Assembly: GCA_963760795.1 (NCBI GenBank)
Contig: CAVXEP010000007.1
Coordinates: 64,001-128,000 of the forward strand
Length of the DNA: 64,000 nt
Source: an uncultured delta proteobacterium
GTDB taxonomy: Bacteria > Desulfobacterota > Binatia > UBA9968
Direction of reading: 5' to 3'
The position numbers and the translations under genes were made by a program. This document shows, piece after piece, positions 62,856 to 64,000 of the stretch; the stretch's first letter is position 1, and each line of letters opens with the position of its first letter. The notes beneath the pieces were generated by a model. That model worked only from the letters and a program-made list of their open reading frames with translations, was not told the origin of the DNA and did no database searches.

Positions 62856-63113
62856 ATTAGCCTCTACGACGTCCAGAAACTTTTCTTCCAGGTCAATCGT
62901 GATCCGAAGACGTTGGAACGCTTCCTCAAGGAGCGCGAAACACTGATTGCCGAATACCGGCTAACGGAGGAAGAGCGGCGCGCCGTCATGGCAACCGATT
63001 TTCGACTGCTCTACGAAATGGGAGTGCATTCGCTCTTGCTGGGTCCGCTGGCCGCCACGCTGGGCCTGAGCTTTCCAGATTATCTTGCGATCCTGCGAGG
63101 GCAACAGCCATGA
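62856..63113 (+). CDS. LigA-like small subunit of an aromatic ring-opening dioxygenase (ATT at the apparent start)
   Basis: GAGGAG RBS, then ATT-AGC-CTC-TAC read as (M)SLYDVQKLFFQVNRD..., in frame with YRLTEEERRAVMATDFRLLYEMGVHSLLL; ATGA overlap with the next gene. Confidence 0.8.
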   Translation: MSLYDVQKLFFQVNRDPKTLERFLKERETLIAEYRLTEEERRAVMATDFRLLYEMGVHSLLLGPLAATLGLSFPDYLAILRGQQP

Positions 63114-63937
63114 GCCTCGTCGGCGCCTTTGCCGCCAGCCATGCGCCCGGCATTACCGGCCGCCCTGCGCTGCCGCCCGCGGCGGAGTCGGAGCCGATCT
63201 TGCGCGCGTACGATGAATTGCGCGCCCGGCTCATGGCGTTACAAGCGGATGTTTTGGTCGTCGTTGCGCCGGAGCACTGGGCGAATTTTTTCCTCGATAA
63301 TATGCCCTCGTTCTGCATCGGCATCGCCGACCAGTTCTGCGGACCGACGGACGAGAAGTTCGTCAATATTCCGCGCCAAAATGTCCGCGGTAATGCGCGG
63401 CTCGCGCGCGCGCTCGCCGAGGGCATTGCGGAAGAGGTGGACCTGGCAACTTCGCAGGAGCTGGCGTTAGATCACGGCGTAATGCTGCCGCTTCACTTAC
63501 TTCAAACCGAGCTGGCGATCATTCCCATTATCGTCAATTGTCTCGCAGGTATGCCCGCGCCGCTACACCGTTGTCATGCGCTCGGCGCAGCGATCCGGCG
63601 CACGGTGGATGGCTGGCCCGAGCGCGTCGCGTTGCTCGGCACGGGCGGGCTGTCGCACTGGCCGGCGATGCCGGAGTCGGGACGAATCGGCGTCGACTTC
63701 GACCGGCGTTTTCTCGAGGCATTCATCGGCGGCAGGATCGAGAGCTTTCTGCGCTATCCAAAAGAGCAGCTGGAAGCGGAAGCGGGGCCGGGTGGTCATG
63801 AGATTCGCACCTGGATCGCCGTCGCCGGCGCAGCGGGTGACGGGCAAGGATCATTGCTCGATTACCAGCCCGTGCCCGCGTGGTCGACCGGTTGCGCTGT
63901 CGCGGTGTTGCAGATCGAAGCAGCGAAACGGAGGTGA
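63110..63937 (+). CDS. LigB-family extradiol dioxygenase catalytic subunit
   Basis: ASHAPG, PEHWANFF, LDHG, GTGGLSHWP, GGHEIRTW. Confidence 0.88.
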   Translation: MSLVGAFAASHAPGITGRPALPPAAESEPILRAYDELRARLMALQADVLVVVAPEHWANFFLDNMPSFCIGIADQFCGPTDEKFVNIPRQNVRGNARLARALAEGIAEEVDLATSQELALDHGVMLPLHLLQTELAIIPIIVNCLAGMPAPLHRCHALGAAIRRTVDGWPERVALLGTGGLSHWPAMPESGRIGVDFDRRFLEAFIGGRIESFLRYPKEQLEAEAGPGGHEIRTWIAVAGAAGDGQGSLLDYQPVPAWSTGCAVAVLQIEAAKRR

Positions 63938-63941
63938 GTCC

Positions 63942-64000
63942 ATGCGTGTCTACGAAGCCATCGGTGAAACGTTAAAAAAACTCGAAGTGCAGGCGACGTT
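63942..64000 (+). CDS. Probable thiamine-pyrophosphate-binding enzyme, N-terminus only
   Basis: GGAGG RBS; MRVYEAIGETLKKLEVQAT resembles TPP-enzyme N-termini, but only 19 codons are visible. Confidence 0.45.
   Translation, partial: MRVYEAIGETLKKLEVQAT

Overview
GC-rich bacterial chromosomal segment, almost entirely coding, dominated by solute-binding proteins (SBPs) and enzymes for aromatic or N-heterocycle catabolism. The gene content resembles Ca. Binatia/Binatota-type soil and sediment bacteria (inference, not tested). There are 14 SBPs (5 TctC/Bug, 5 AfuA/FbpA-like, 4 NitT/TauT) but only two ABC transporter cores and no recognisable transcription regulator. Main clusters: (i) a ~15 kb minus-strand run with two divergent ornithine-cyclodeaminase-family genes, two M24 pita-bread proteins lacking most metal ligands, a VOC protein and an ABC transporter; (ii) an operon-like run joining a Rieske oxygenase, a beta-hydroxyacid dehydrogenase, a PaaK-like CoA ligase and a 4-hydroxybenzoyl-CoA-reductase-like (HcrCAB) molybdoenzyme whose catalytic Glu appears to be Gln; (iii) a divergent LigB - ABC - LigA/LigB - TPP-enzyme run; (iv) an orphan glycine-reductase component B homologue without the pyruvoyl-forming Cys. 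Also present are UbiD, an OphC-like decarboxylase, an amidohydrolase, MsrP, MscS, a MetE-type Zn protein and a KstD-like flavoprotein. Many intergenic gaps hold palindromic elements from about ten unrelated families, several touching ribosome-binding sites or 5' coding ends. Many genes carry indels, probably long-read consensus errors, so their coordinates are approximate. No rRNA, tRNA, CRISPR array or transposase was seen. All family calls come from motif recognition without database searches.
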